Source: Amphiscolops sp. MND2022 (taxonomy: Eukaryota). From it: DNA of 64,000 nt. The notes below the pieces were generated by a model. The model saw nothing but the letters and a program-made list of their open reading frames with translations. It searched no databases and was not told the origin of the DNA. Of the stretch, positions 1 to 11,300 are shown one piece after another. A program made the position numbers and the translations under genes. The stretch covers positions 28,522,001 through 28,586,000 of the forward strand of contig OZ076409.1 of NCBI GenBank assembly GCA_964187785.1. The letters are read 5' to 3'. Each line of letters opens with the position of its first letter. The first letter of the stretch is position 1.

Positions 1-3000
1 GTCATCTTCAGTAAAGAAAACTTGTTCTTCCTCTGATACCCCTGCTGACTGGACATTGACCTCAATGGGCCTTGTTTCAACGTCCTCGCGGATTGTTAAG
101 ACTAATTTCTCCTTGGGATCCATCTCCATGCGGGACAAGTAGTCCGCTGCGGTATTATTTTTCCCGGGAATGTGCGCGATAACAAAATTAAATTGTATGA
201 CATAATCACACGCATTCCACAATGCCGGGGGTATTATCTTCGTTTGGAAGAATCTAGTTACCGATTTGTTGTCCGTAAGGATCGTGATCGGCTTGGGTGT
301 TCCCCAGAATATATGCCCGAACTCTTTGAATGCGTAAAATATCGCTAAGAATTCTTTGGCGTATATAGACATTTTCAATTGAGAAGGAGTAAATGTTTTG
401 GATCCATAGGCTATTGGTGCGTATGATTTCCTGACAGATGTGAATTTTTGGTTTGGGTCGTCTTCTGTGAGTATTGCATATCCTGCTGCCAAGAAGCTAG
501 CATCGGTCATGAGGACCAGCTGGGTGTTGGGCAATGGTTGTTTTAATGCTAGTTGGCTGCATCTGTCAAGGTCCTTGTTGATTTCATTGAATTGTTGTAC
601 TAGTTCGTTTGTCACTAGAACCTTCTCGTCCTTTTTGAGGAGTTGGAAAAATGGCGCTAATTTCTCCGATAATCGTGGGATGTAGTTCCTGTAATAATTC
701 AGGAAACCCAGATATCGTTGCAGGGCCTTTTTGGATTTTGGGAATTTTGTTTTCTCCAGAAAGGTAGTTATTCGTTCTTTCTGTGGTTTCACTCCTTCAG
801 GGGTAATTGTCCTTCCGAGGAAATCTATTTCCGTTGCCCCAAAATGGCATTTGTGCATTGTTAGCTTTAGTCCAGCTTTGCGTATGCACTCGAATGTTGC
901 TCTGAGGTTTTTGAGTAGATGGTCAGCGTCGTTGGCGGCTATGCCTATGTCGTCCACATATTGCGCGCATTGGTCTGCTTTAATAACTTTGTCCAGGTAT
1001 TCGCGCATAAAGCTTGAAAAGGCCGATAGGGATCGACTGAGACCTTGGGCAAGTCTTCGATAGGCAAACGTTCTACTGGCAAAATTAAATGCCAGCATTT
1101 CGATTGATCTTTGGTCCGCCATTGGAAGACAGTGGTAGGCTTGGGAACAATCGAGTTTGCAGAAGAGTTTCTTGCCTGCCATGTGTTGCGCCGCGTCCGT
1201 GAGAGTGCTCACAGGATGGTTGTTGTTGATGTAGTCGTCTGAGATGAGGTTATTGATTTTCCTCAAATCGACTAGTAGGCGTAGTTTCCCATTAGGTTTT
1301 TTCTGTGCGAATATGGGACTGGCGTATTTCGAAAATGGCAGTGTAGTTATTATGCCATATTTGTGTAAGAGGGCCAATTCGACAAGTATGTCCTCTTTTA
1401 AATTGACTGGAGTTGGAAGACTTTGGCTGTAAGCGGGCGAATCGTCCTTAGGGGTCAATTTGACCGTGAATTCTTCATTCATTCCGATGTCAAATCTATG
1501 TCGTGCAAAGATGTCATGGAATTCTACCAGGAGCGATTCTATTTTCTTGATCTCATGTTGTTGTAGCATGGAGTCTTTCCAATCGAAGTTGTCAAGGAAT
1601 TTTTGTCTAGATATGTCATTTTGCTGTGGGTCAAGTTCCTCGGCTTCTTGTAAGTTACGTAATTCCCGCAATATTCGTGCTTGAATTGGTGTGTGGGAAT
1701 TTTCATCTCCTGGGTTCTCCGGAGTTGGGAACCAGTATTGTTCATATTGGTCGTTGTTTTTATTTGCTTTTAATAGACTGCTGACATAATAAATCGCGTC
1801 TTCTTCGTTTTCGTTCAGCAAGTGCCAAGTGGACACAGGGTCTATTGGTTTGACATGTTTCATTTGCTCCGGGGTTAATACTGAGAAATTTGCTATATGC
1901 AGACCCTTTTTAAGTTTGAATGGTTGATCTGTAAAATTATTGATATGGAAACTTGTAGATCCTTCTGCCAAAGTGACAATTGCGGCACAAAATGTGATGT
2001 CGCCTTCTTCGGTTAGGAGGTCGCTTGGCTGTAATACACCTGTTACTAAGTTTTCAGGGTAAATCTGTGATTTGACCGTAATTGTCGCTCGGTCATTGGG
2101 CGGAATAGTCAAATCCTCGGGATTGAGGATTGGTTCCATTACATTGGAGTACTTGTGGTCGGCTGTTTTGAGTTGCATGGAGAAATAGGGGAAGTTGAGG
2201 ATGCCTTGACGCATGTCTAGGACTGTATGATTTCTTTGGAGGAACATTAGTCCAATTATCGGGCCGGTCAATTTTTCCATTACAATAAATATTTCATGGA
2301 ATTCAATGTCTCCTACTTCGAATTTCAGTTCAACGGTGCTTTTTGGGGTTTCCAATTGTCCGTTTGCGACCATAATTTGAAATGTTGGAGCAGGTCCCTC
2401 TTTTACTATTGATTGGGGCGCCAGAAGGCGTATTTTCCTGAGGTCTGCTTCCGGGATTGCACTGGAAAGGGCTCCGGTGTCGATGAGGCCGTCTATGGTC
2501 AATTCCCCAAAGTCCATTGGGAAATACAGCATCCGTCTTTTGTATTTTAATCCGAGGTTCGTAGAGAGAGGTATGTAAGCCGGTTCCCCTTCATTAGTCA
2601 CTAGAACGTGTAAGAAGGCTGTTTCGTCTAGTAGGCTGGGTTCGGTCTGTGATTCGTCTTCACTATTTGTGTCCTCTATTTCTTCCATATCAGTGATCTC
2701 AGAGTTTGTTTGCCACAGTTCGATGAGTGCCCTTGATAGCTTATTGTCTGGTATCTCTGGGTCATCTTCATCGTCTGTTGGTGGGTACTCTTCGCATCTG
2801 AATTGTAGTTTCCGTTGGTCGTATAGAGAATTGTCCCAATAGGGATCTATGCCATATTCAGGGTCAATGTAGTGAGGGTTATAACCTTCAATTAGTTGGA
2901 GCGGTCTAAATCGTGTTTGATAGTCTGCAGTGTAGTCTTTTTCATAGTATCGGTCTGGGCGGTCATTATGGACCAGTTTGTAGGTTTTGATGTAGGCTTT

Positions 3001-3006
3001 TTCCAT
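1..3006 (-). CDS. pol: Gypsy Pol (protease, reverse transcriptase, RNase H), partial
   Basis: Manual translation gives GLIDTGA (~2470-2490), FSKYASPIFAQKKPNGKLRLLVDLRKIN (~1255-1335), QYVDDIGI (~940-963) and RNase H LVLMTDAS (~500-520). Confidence 0.92.
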   Translation of the reverse strand, partial: MEKAYIKTYKLVHNDRPDRYYEKDYTADYQTRFRPLQLIEGYNPHYIDPEYGIDPYWDNSLYDQRKLQFRCEEYPPTDDEDDPEIPDNKLSRALIELWQTNSEITDMEEIEDTNSEDESQTEPSLLDETAFLHVLVTNEGEPAYIPLSTNLGLKYKRRMLYFPMDFGELTIDGLIDTGALSSAIPEADLRKIRLLAPQSIVKEGPAPTFQIMVANGQLETPKSTVELKFEVGDIEFHEIFIVMEKLTGPIIGLMFLQRNHTVLDMRQGILNFPYFSMQLKTADHKYSNVMEPILNPEDLTIPPNDRATITVKSQIYPENLVTGVLQPSDLLTEEGDITFCAAIVTLAEGSTSFHINNFTDQPFKLKKGLHIANFSVLTPEQMKHVKPIDPVSTWHLLNENEEDAIYYVSSLLKANKNNDQYEQYWFPTPENPGDENSHTPIQARILRELRNLQEAEELDPQQNDISRQKFLDNFDWKDSMLQQHEIKKIESLLVEFHDIFARHRFDIGMNEEFTVKLTPKDDSPAYSQSLPTPVNLKEDILVELALLHKYGIITTLPFSKYASPIFAQKKPNGKLRLLVDLRKINNLISDDYINNNHPVSTLTDAAQHMAGKKLFCKLDCSQAYHCLPMADQRSIEMLAFNFASRTFAYRRLAQGLSRSLSAFSSFMREYLDKVIKADQCAQYVDDIGIAANDADHLLKNLRATFECIRKAGLKLTMHKCHFGATEIDFLGRTITPEGVKPQKERITTFLEKTKFPKSKKALQRYLGFLNYYRNYIPRLSEKLAPFFQLLKKDEKVLVTNELVQQFNEINKDLDRCSQLALKQPLPNTQLVLMTDASFLAAGYAILTEDDPNQKFTSVRKSYAPIAYGSKTFTPSQLKMSIYAKEFLAIFYAFKEFGHIFWGTPKPITILTDNKSVTRFFQTKIIPPALWNACDYVIQFNFVIAHIPGKNNTAADYLSRMEMDPKEKLVLTIREDVETRPIEVNVQSAGVSEEEQVFFTEDD

Positions 3007-3070
3007 CTGTTGCTGCCAAACAATAGATGGTGTTTCGTTGATGTCATCATGGTATTGCTTGTAGGTTACA
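1..3070 (-). mobile_element. 5'-truncated Ty3/Gypsy element of a family distinct from A and B; continues off the left edge
   Basis: Minus-strand frame open from ~3070 to base 1 (first ATG 3006) in the stretches I translated; absent from the ORF track because it has no stop in the window. No gag, LTR or PBS is visible upstream. Confidence 0.9.
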
Positions 3071-3374
3071 TTGGGTTACTCTGAAAACCTGCTAAATTGT
3101 AAATAAATATCGATAAATACCTGAAAAATTAGTGACGCAGCATGAAAATATTGAGCATGAAAACTTCTCTAAGCAGCTCCCAAAAACCTAATAAATTAGC
3201 CTTGCAACCTATAAAAGCATGTAAAACTTTCGTGCACTTTCAACTAGGGCCGTGTTTCCTTGAATTCGTATCAAAGTATTCGTTCAACTTTGTTTCTGTT
3301 GATGTTGCGAGAAAATCGCACAACTTCTTTTCTGTTTTCGAATGAGCTTCAGTCATGTCGTTAGTGTACCCTTG

Positions 3375-4108
3375 TGTAAGGACAAGCTCTCACCATTGTC
3401 GCCGTAACCATAAGAGTTAGAGGAACACATGATATGGGTATTTGCCCGGGACAGGCGCCCATGACCATGAGCTCATTTTGCCTCTTTCGGGTAAAAACTG
3501 TCCCGTCAGAGGAGGATTCCGCTTCTTGTGAAGTGCTCGCCGGCCTGATCCAGTCTGTAATTGCTATCAGTAGTGCGCATTACGCTTTTTCTTCGAAACC
3601 AACACTTAGACAGCCTTTAAAAAATGCAAGTGGTGGAGAGGAAAAATCAAATTTTTTCGAAGTTACACAGGAGATCGAAATGAGTAGCTCACGAGCTGTT
3701 ACAACAAGAAAATACGAAAATTACTACATAATTAGCACTTTTGAGGCAGCAATTAGCCGGGGACACAAGCACGGATGCTTGGTCAAGCTAATTGACTCAT
3801 TTTTGGTAATCACAGCGTCTTGTAACGCTTCGCTGAAGAAAGCACTGGTTAGAACAAAGTTCAGTCCGTTTTGGCAGAAATTTGAGTCTTTTTCTGACAG
3901 TGGCCGTGTTTTTCTGCAATCTTCTCGTTTTTTTGGGGTCTCTCTCGAGTCTCTTGCTCAAATCCTCTTCAATTCCGTGGACAGGTACTTGAATAAAGAC
4001 ACGCTACCGTCTGGCGGAATATGACTCTTTAGTAGAGGAGATATAGTCCCTTGAACGAAATTTTCATCGAAATTTTCGAAATCGTACACTCGATAGGTAA
4101 TCGCTACA
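3375..4108 (-). mobile_element. Solo LTR of the element-B family (734 bp), TSD TTG
   Basis: Near-identical to 30256-30991 with a few substitutions and indels. Termini TGT...ACA. Flanks are c-TTG (3372-3374) and TTG-c (4109-4111). Confidence 0.95.
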
Positions 4109-6499
4109 TTGCTGTAATAGTTTCTTAACACGCAATTCCAAAAGAATTTGACCAATAGTTGAATTGATCAGAACAGAGAATACTAGTATTGGCTCGTGGC
4201 ATGGAAACTTTATAGAAATAGTTGAAAACAGCACACAAACAAGAGATCTCCCCTCTCAATCAAGAGTTTCATATTCTGTTGGTTTCGGAATTGTCCCACC
4301 ATTTCCAGATTTGCAAGAAAAAATTGTGTATGTCTAACCTCTGTCTTGTCAATAGAGTTAAAAGGGATTTTTGCTGCTGTAAATGCACAAATTGTTTGAA
4401 TAATAGTTGAAATATTCTGAAGTCGGGACGATGCTGTCGCTGAAAGGGTAGTCGTAACAGTTGTTTGTTTCTTCTCTTTTATATTTTCTTTATATCTTTT
4501 TTGCATTTTTGTATGTTCTCCTGAAATAAGATACGTTTTTAGTGTTCCTTGACGACTGCGATCGCGCAAACTTTACAAAAATTCCCCATCTGCATAAAAA
4601 TCTTTATTTCAGGGTTGGCCAGCTCTTCCTGAAACTGCATAAATACAATTTTTTTCTCTCATTTTAGATTGGTTTTTGGAAATTTCAGGCGTGGAAATTG
4701 ACAGAATTGTTTATAAACACGTAACCCGTATGGGATTCCCATATTAAAGGTCACTATATTTTTTGTTCCCCAAAGTTCCATAAAACAAAAAACTGACAGA
4801 CAACTTTTCTCCCGCTGGGGTCGAATTGTCTAGAACCCTAAATTTGGTTGGAAGGAGCGGTAGACACCTTTTGGTTGGTATCAAAAGGAGCGGAAGACTT
4901 TGCAACAACATATCCTGGGGTCGGAATTTCTATCAGGAAGAATAGGAGCAATTAAAACTTCAATCAGATAAATATGGTAAAAATGTCGGTGATAAGTGCA
5001 AAAAAGCAATTGATTGTTAAAAAGTGATTGTTAAACAAGTGATTGTTAAAAAAACAATCGCCGGCCACGAAAAATTCTACAAATAACTCTCAATAAATTT
5101 GTACTGTGATTCTTCCTTCAATTTCGTAATATTCAATTTGTGTTCTTTGTGTTGTGTTGTGTTATTTTAAAATATATTTTGATTTGTTCATTGTAAAGTA
5201 TGGTTACATGACACTTCGTCCTATACACTTTCAACCTATGCAGATCTTAGGCGTTATATCTTATTCCGTCTTCCAGTTATGCTAATTCCCTATCTTAAAA
5301 TGTTGAGTTTTAGACGTTATTCTTTAAGGCGTTATTCCTGAAACCTTTTTAGAAAAATTACATTTTAGAAATATTTTCAAACCCAGTGTTTGGACCATGT
5401 CATCTATTTCCCCCCAGGTACACCTTGTTGGGAATATCCCCCAACACGAAAGCACATTTTGTTCTTCAATAGAAATATTTCACTAAAAAGAGAATATTAA
5501 ACGAATGTAAATACTTACAACTGTTTGTCTCTACAACTGTTTGGACACTTCAGGTAAAAAAATTACCACAATTGTATGATAATATTGTCCAAAAGCAGAA
5601 ATCACGTTTGGAACAAGCTAAAATTGTATAAAAAGGCGCCTCTTTGAGCGCAAATTTTGTTTGCTATAAAATTTAATGAGCAACGTTCAACTAACAGTCA
5701 ATGTAATGGATAGGATTATGTCGACATCAATTATTTTATTGGACTAAAATTTCAACGCAAACGATGTCGACATAATGGTATTTGAACCTCCTGTCTTATT
5801 CCCCCCGCCGCAGTTTGGGGGGGGGAATAGATGACATGGTCCGAAAAGACAATTGATTGAATTGATTGATTTGGACAAATGAGTTTTGATGAGATCAAAT
5901 TGATTGCGATTTTATCAAAATGTGGAAACCGGCTATTTTCACGGCTTCCGTAATATGTAGGACTCATTTGTATGGATTATACTTTTGGTCGAGTTTTCAA
6001 ATTGCTTGGTTTGAAATCTGCCGACGGCCAGTAGCTGCAAGTCTCTCAGATTTTCGAAAGAGAATTGCGTTTAAAAAAATCAAAAAAATTTGAGTTTAGA
6101 TTTTTATCTATTCTTTAGGGTCATTTTGAAGCTCTTTTCCAACAGGATAATGCAATTGACTCTGAAAAAGCCTTCTGTTTACTGCGTTTGATTGCTCTTG
6201 AGTGTTTTACTTCTTCTAACACACGAAAATTTACAAAAAATTCTGAGATAATCTTCTCCTTGAAAAGAACAGTTTTCCTTCAGAGGCGTACGTACTGCGT
6301 GGCTTGACAAGTCGTCTGGAGCTTTCGGACCGCCTAATGCACGTATAAACTTCGACTTTTCCGACTTTTTTGAAATTGAGACATTTTTCGAAAACAAATC
6401 GGCAAATACCTCCACGAAATCCAACTGCAAAGCAACTGCAATGATCTTTGAACTTTTCTACTTTTTACCCCTCGGAACGTTGCGCAAAAACGTTTGAAA

Positions 6500-7014
6500 G
6501 TTTCACACTTTTTTGACTCACTTATGTCGTTTCGATTAATATAAACAACTGCAATTGTCTCTACAAAAAAGATACTACATAACCAGCTTGTTGTTCTTCG
6601 TGTCTTTTGAGATTTTAAAACCTAAACACTTTCGAAAAACGTACTTAATTTGCCTGAAATTCTACAAAAGTTCGAAATTTTTGGATTTTTCGACTATCAA
6701 TTGCAATCCTTGATGAACGTTTCCAACGTTCTAACCGCGAAACGTCTCGAAAATTTGACGAAACCTGCATAACAAAGACAAAATTGGAACTTTAGAATTT
6801 TTGTCATTTTTGGCCGCATTGTGAGGCATGTTTTCAGTGAAAAACTGCCTTTGTTGCTTCACAAATCCTCCTGGACAACGAATAGTTTCCTTGTTGAATG
6901 TTTTCATCATTCAAAGCCACCAAGTTTTTCACCAAAAGTTGCATGAAAATGTTTATATCTCAAACTTCAAACTTTCGGAACTTTCGTCTATTTCGTTCTC
7001 AATATGAGATATTG
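6500..7014 (-). repeat. Degenerate ~180-bp tandem host repeat, interrupted by element A; resumes at 26124-~26380
   Basis: The reverse complement aligns with 49680-49900, e.g. aacttggtggctttgaatgatgaaaa...ttcgttgtccaggagg vs aactttgtggattggaacgttgaaaa...tttgttgaccagtagg. The outer boundary is approximate. Confidence 0.7.
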
Positions 7015-7723
7015 TGTAACGTCCGGCTAGCGGCGCACATCTAGGAAGAGGGACAATGCCTAGGGTGCTTAAACAGGAGACCGTTGTCTTACTACACTCC
7101 TAAACACTAGTTTTTGATCCCAAAATGGTCTCCATGGGGGACTTTTCTAACGTCTAAGGAGACTCCTCTAATTAGAGCTCCGAGGCGACGTGCCGGCACT
7201 CTCAAAGTCCGGACACGCCCCACAAGCCTGTAAAAACGTATCCTAAGGTTTTAGCGCATTCCTGCTATCTCCTACATACTTCCGAGGTCCAAAAAGGTGT
7301 TTATCCGAAAAATGTCATTTCGACGGTTATGGGCATGAAGTGCCGACCTAGAAGGTCAGGCACGGGAAAAATAACAAAATGCATTAATATAAATTAACAA
7401 AATAAAGGGGGACAGGCCCCGAGTGGAAATACAGTTACTGTTTGCAGGTTTTCGGGGATCCAGTCATGTAGTTCTAGAATGGCTCTGCTTTCCCAGGGAT
7501 GACATGGCACCGGGTAGCGTTCTTCGAATTCTATCCCGTGGATCTTCATGTCGTCAGTCGTCTACTTCTTTTTCATCTCCTGTCGTTCTTCTCGTTCACG
7601 TGTTCTCTCTTTCATTTTTGTGGGCTTTAAGGACCTGCCAGGTCGGCCATTTTGATTCGCACCTTTTTTGGTTCTTGATCGAATTTTTCAACGAAAACTT
7701 GGTGTTGACTGGTGGACGTTACA
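7015..7723 (-). repeat. Element A 3' LTR (709 bp)
   Basis: TGTAACGTCC...GGACGTTACA 10-bp terminal inverted repeat. No differences from 25415-26123 seen by eye. Confidence 0.97.
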
Positions 7724-7758
7724 TCCTCCCCGGGCCGTAGTTTGTCGTCCTCGGCAAA
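7724..7758 (-). promoter_or_regulatory. Element A short polypurine tract plus upstream hairpin
   Basis: The minus strand reads CCCGGGGAGGA against the LTR. Stem-loop TTTGCCG-AGGA-CGACAAA at 7741-7758. Element B has the same arrangement. Confidence 0.7.
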
Positions 7759-8309
7759 CGAGAGGATGCTCGCACCCAAAGGGTACTCTGAGATTCACAG
7801 AAAAGGTCTTATATTAAAGCTATGTTGATTTCACATTACTATTCTTTTCGCTTTACCACTGCATGTCTAGCACCCTAAAGCCATCGAATTCAAAAAGCAC
7901 TGATTTTTAAGTTAAAAACTATACAGTCGGATTTTTTCTTTAAAAAGGGTTTTTTCACTAACTACTCAGTTCAAGTTAAAATTTCTTTTTCTAAAATTGG
8001 GCCCCTGCGCGGCCAAGTGAGTAACAACAACTTTTGGGCTTGGTAGAAGTTTCAAATTCAAATCAAAACGGGAGGGCACCGAACCGGGACCCACCCAGAG
8101 GATGTAACTATATTGCATTGTTGCAATGGTAGTAAAGTAAAATATACATCAAACAAAACTCAGGAATTAAGGTTTATTGCACTGAAAGTTTTCAGCACCA
8201 GTAAGATGGTGTAGCACAACTAAAATCAAGAATTGGCATCAGTACATTGATGATAGGGTCCTTTATGCTCAATTGTGTTCTAACAGTCTTGGGGGTCCAG
8301 AGGACTCCT

Positions 8310-11300
8310 TTATTCCAACAGTTGGTCCTGTGGGGCTTCTTGGACTGAGGTGTTGCCCATGGCATCCACCGTATTCTGATATTCTTCGTCTATGGTCAGC
8401 AAATTATTGAGCTCTGACTCTATGTCCGCTGCCTCCAAGTTCGAGATATTGGTCTCCACTTCGTCTCTTACAGGAGTAGTGGCATCAGAGAACGTGAAGT
8501 TATTGTCAGTCATAGGTTCCTCTGATGGTGGCATGACGCCTGGCACATCATCTTGTGCCCCTTCCACCAATATTTCATTGGAGTCTTGACTTATGTGGGG
8601 TGTGGGAAAGACGGTGCGAGAGCTGCCAGAGGCAGCTTCGCTCAAATCGCTAATCCCTGGGATAGCTTCGACTGATTCCAAGTTCGGCAGGCCGTCCGCT
8701 AATTCTTGATGGCCATATTGGGTGAACAGCTGCCTGAACGTTCGTATTCCCCTAGCATATTCTTCGCCCACGGCTCGAGTGCGTTCTCGCTGGAGACCAT
8801 GCAGACGCACGAATATCTCTAGTGCCATACGCGGGTTGCTGGGAACGTCAGTGTTCACGGGCAAATCTTTCTTGCTTGGTTCTTTTGCTACTGTCGGAAT
8901 AGTTGTTGGCAGCTGTTGGAAGGTCTGGTGTATAGCGAGGTCCACGAGCTCTGGCTGGGCCCAACATGTAATGGTATTCAAGATTCTGGCGGTATGCTCA
9001 CGGGGTTCTGTTCTTGTACAATATATTCTGGAAGTGTCACACGCATAGGGATACAATAACCTAGTAGGTTCTTCTCCTTTTCGACGACCACCCAATCTTT
9101 GGATAATTGTTCTCAAGATACGCAGGACAACTGGCACGTCCCACCCTTCAAATGTCGCCACTGCTCCATTATTTGGATCAATGGGGGTATGTAGCCAAAC
9201 TACCGGATGGATTTCCATTGGCAAAGGGAGCGAGCTACGTGCTCTCGCCTTGATCAAGGTGAGATAGTTGTGCTCCACTTGTTGGCGGTCTTTGATTACG
9301 GTGTACGCCATGGGAGGTCGCAAGTTGGCAAAGCTGTGTATCACTGATTGATAGGTGGGACCCTGAAGGGGCCCATCAGAGGTCACGAAGTGTAGAATCG
9401 AGAGGGATGGGCTCACCGCCGCCACTCGCAGGGCCTGCGTTGGATGGCGCAGTGCCATAACTGCGCCGAAGATAGGCCAGACTACCGGAGCAATGAGGGG
9501 TATTAGGTCCTCTGTTTCCACGAGCATCAACGTTGCAACTTGTGTAGGGAACAGGAACCCAGGAAGTTGATTGGGGTCTCGGTTAATAGCTGGGCACTCA
9601 TCCAGAGGATGCATAACGCCTGAGACATTGACCCAGGTGGAATAAATCCACACTAGAAGTGCTTGAATGTTTAAGTCCAGTTGCGCCTTTAATTTCAAGG
9701 AACCCGCTGGGTCCAGAGTTTCAATGAGCGCAGATATCCAACCTCTTTGATTCTGCGAGAAGACTAGGAAGCTGAACAGGGCTGAGCCTCCCTTGTTGAG
9801 CACGAACTTTTGTATGAGGGCCGACGGTCCTCTGTACATCATGGTCAACCCCACGGCCATCAGATACGCTAGTAGTTCACTAACGGTCGCTCTTTCCATA
9901 GCCTCCATGTAAAGTCGCATTCGCTGCTCATCCAGGCCGTACTCGGCTTTTACTAAGGAAGGAAGCCAGAAGGGAGAGATGTTGTGGAGAAATACGGGAA
10001 ATGTTATGCCCAGTCGGTCCGCGACTTGGCCCAGAGGTTCTCGTAGTTGATCGTGCCATGTTTGGTACGTGTGTGTCGGCTCTTGAATATTCCTTTGTAC
10101 AATGTCTTGAGCCAGTATCAACAGCATGGCCAATGTGGGTGATCTTTGCCCAGGTTCAGCATCCAATGATATTTGTGCTATGGGGAAGATGGAGGAATTC
10201 TTTCTATCACCCTGAATCGTTTCGGTTTCTTTCATTAGATTCGTGAGTTCCTTGTGAAACTTGGGTTCATGTGTTTTCTCGTCTATGGTCGATTCGTCCC
10301 GGCGTTCAAACCAGAGGTTATCCACCAGGTTGTTGCGCTCACTTTCATTTGGATCGTTCACGATTCGGTCTCCACGCTCGTTCAATGATCGACGAGCCAT
10401 TTCCATCCCGTAGTCGAATGCTGTTGCTTCATCTACTACCATTTGGGAGTTTCCGCGGTAACCGACGTATGATTGAAGGGCCTTTGAGACTTCAGCAATG
10501 AAGGCTGGGTATGAGGCTTCACAAGGGCGCCAGCTATTATTGCTGATGCGTAAATTGGGGGCCACAATGTAGAAAGCCAGATCTCTTGCGTACGCTGCCT
10601 CCATTACTAGGTACAAGAATTGCTGAAGGGTCCGGGGAAGGTGCACGTAGCCTGGAGGTGACATAAATACCGTTCCAGTGATAGCTTTCCTTCTGCGCAT
10701 AGTTTGGGCAATATTCGCCATTGTCTCCACGTAGTTGGTCACTTCGTCGGTGACGAACCCCTCAGTAAACCTTTCGTGGTCTGGTCGGAAAAATTCCAGG
10801 GTCCCTCGCAGAGCGAGGTGATCTATCACATTTGAATATACCAGCAACGGAGGTAATGGGATGGTCTCTGTTCCCGCTTGGGTGAATACTTTGTCGGTCA
10901 CCTCTGCCATTTCGTTCAGTGTTGTACAGGGCATGTTCATTATTCTGACATCCATGAGGGTATTGTGGGAGTTGAATGAAGACTTCATCGTCGAGTCGAC
11001 GAAGAAGGCTATTCTGGTTTTCTGCAAAAGGTCCTTTCCCATGGGTAGGATTGTAATGGGGTCCCTCGCATAGTTTTTAGTTCGCAAGCGATCTTCGTCG
11101 AAGCGGCCAGGGCACTGTCGGAGGAAGTTGTCAGGAACACGCATGTATGTTGAGTTTACTCTCTCCAATTCTGCTCGCATGCGGTTGAACCATGGGGGGC
11201 ATCCGTCTCGAGTGAACACTGGTTTCTTGACGGGACGATTGTAGAGTACTCCCACTGTGGCTTTTTCTATTTTCTGCCTTGTGGCGAGGTCCCCAGTTCC

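Noticed and set aside
3434..4024. ORFs inside LTRs (196 aa here; 124 aa at 30505 and 49192; 105 and 137 aa at 7423 and 25823)
   Set aside because: They are antisense to the elements, frames differ between LTR copies, and no motifs are recognisable. They repeat only because the LTRs repeat.
5000..5950. Short tandem repeats (tgattgttaaa x3) and hairpins (~5445-5465, ~5792-5837) as a MITE or Helitron
   Set aside because: I could not define matching termini or a TSD. It may be a small repeat, but the support is insufficient.
7010..7020. 5-bp TSD (ATTGT / AATGT) with GT...AC LTR termini for A and B
   Set aside because: It fits A and B only because both sites are A-NNN-T. It fails at both solo LTRs (cttgt vs attgc; catgt vs aatga), and the internal LTR junctions show TG...CA.
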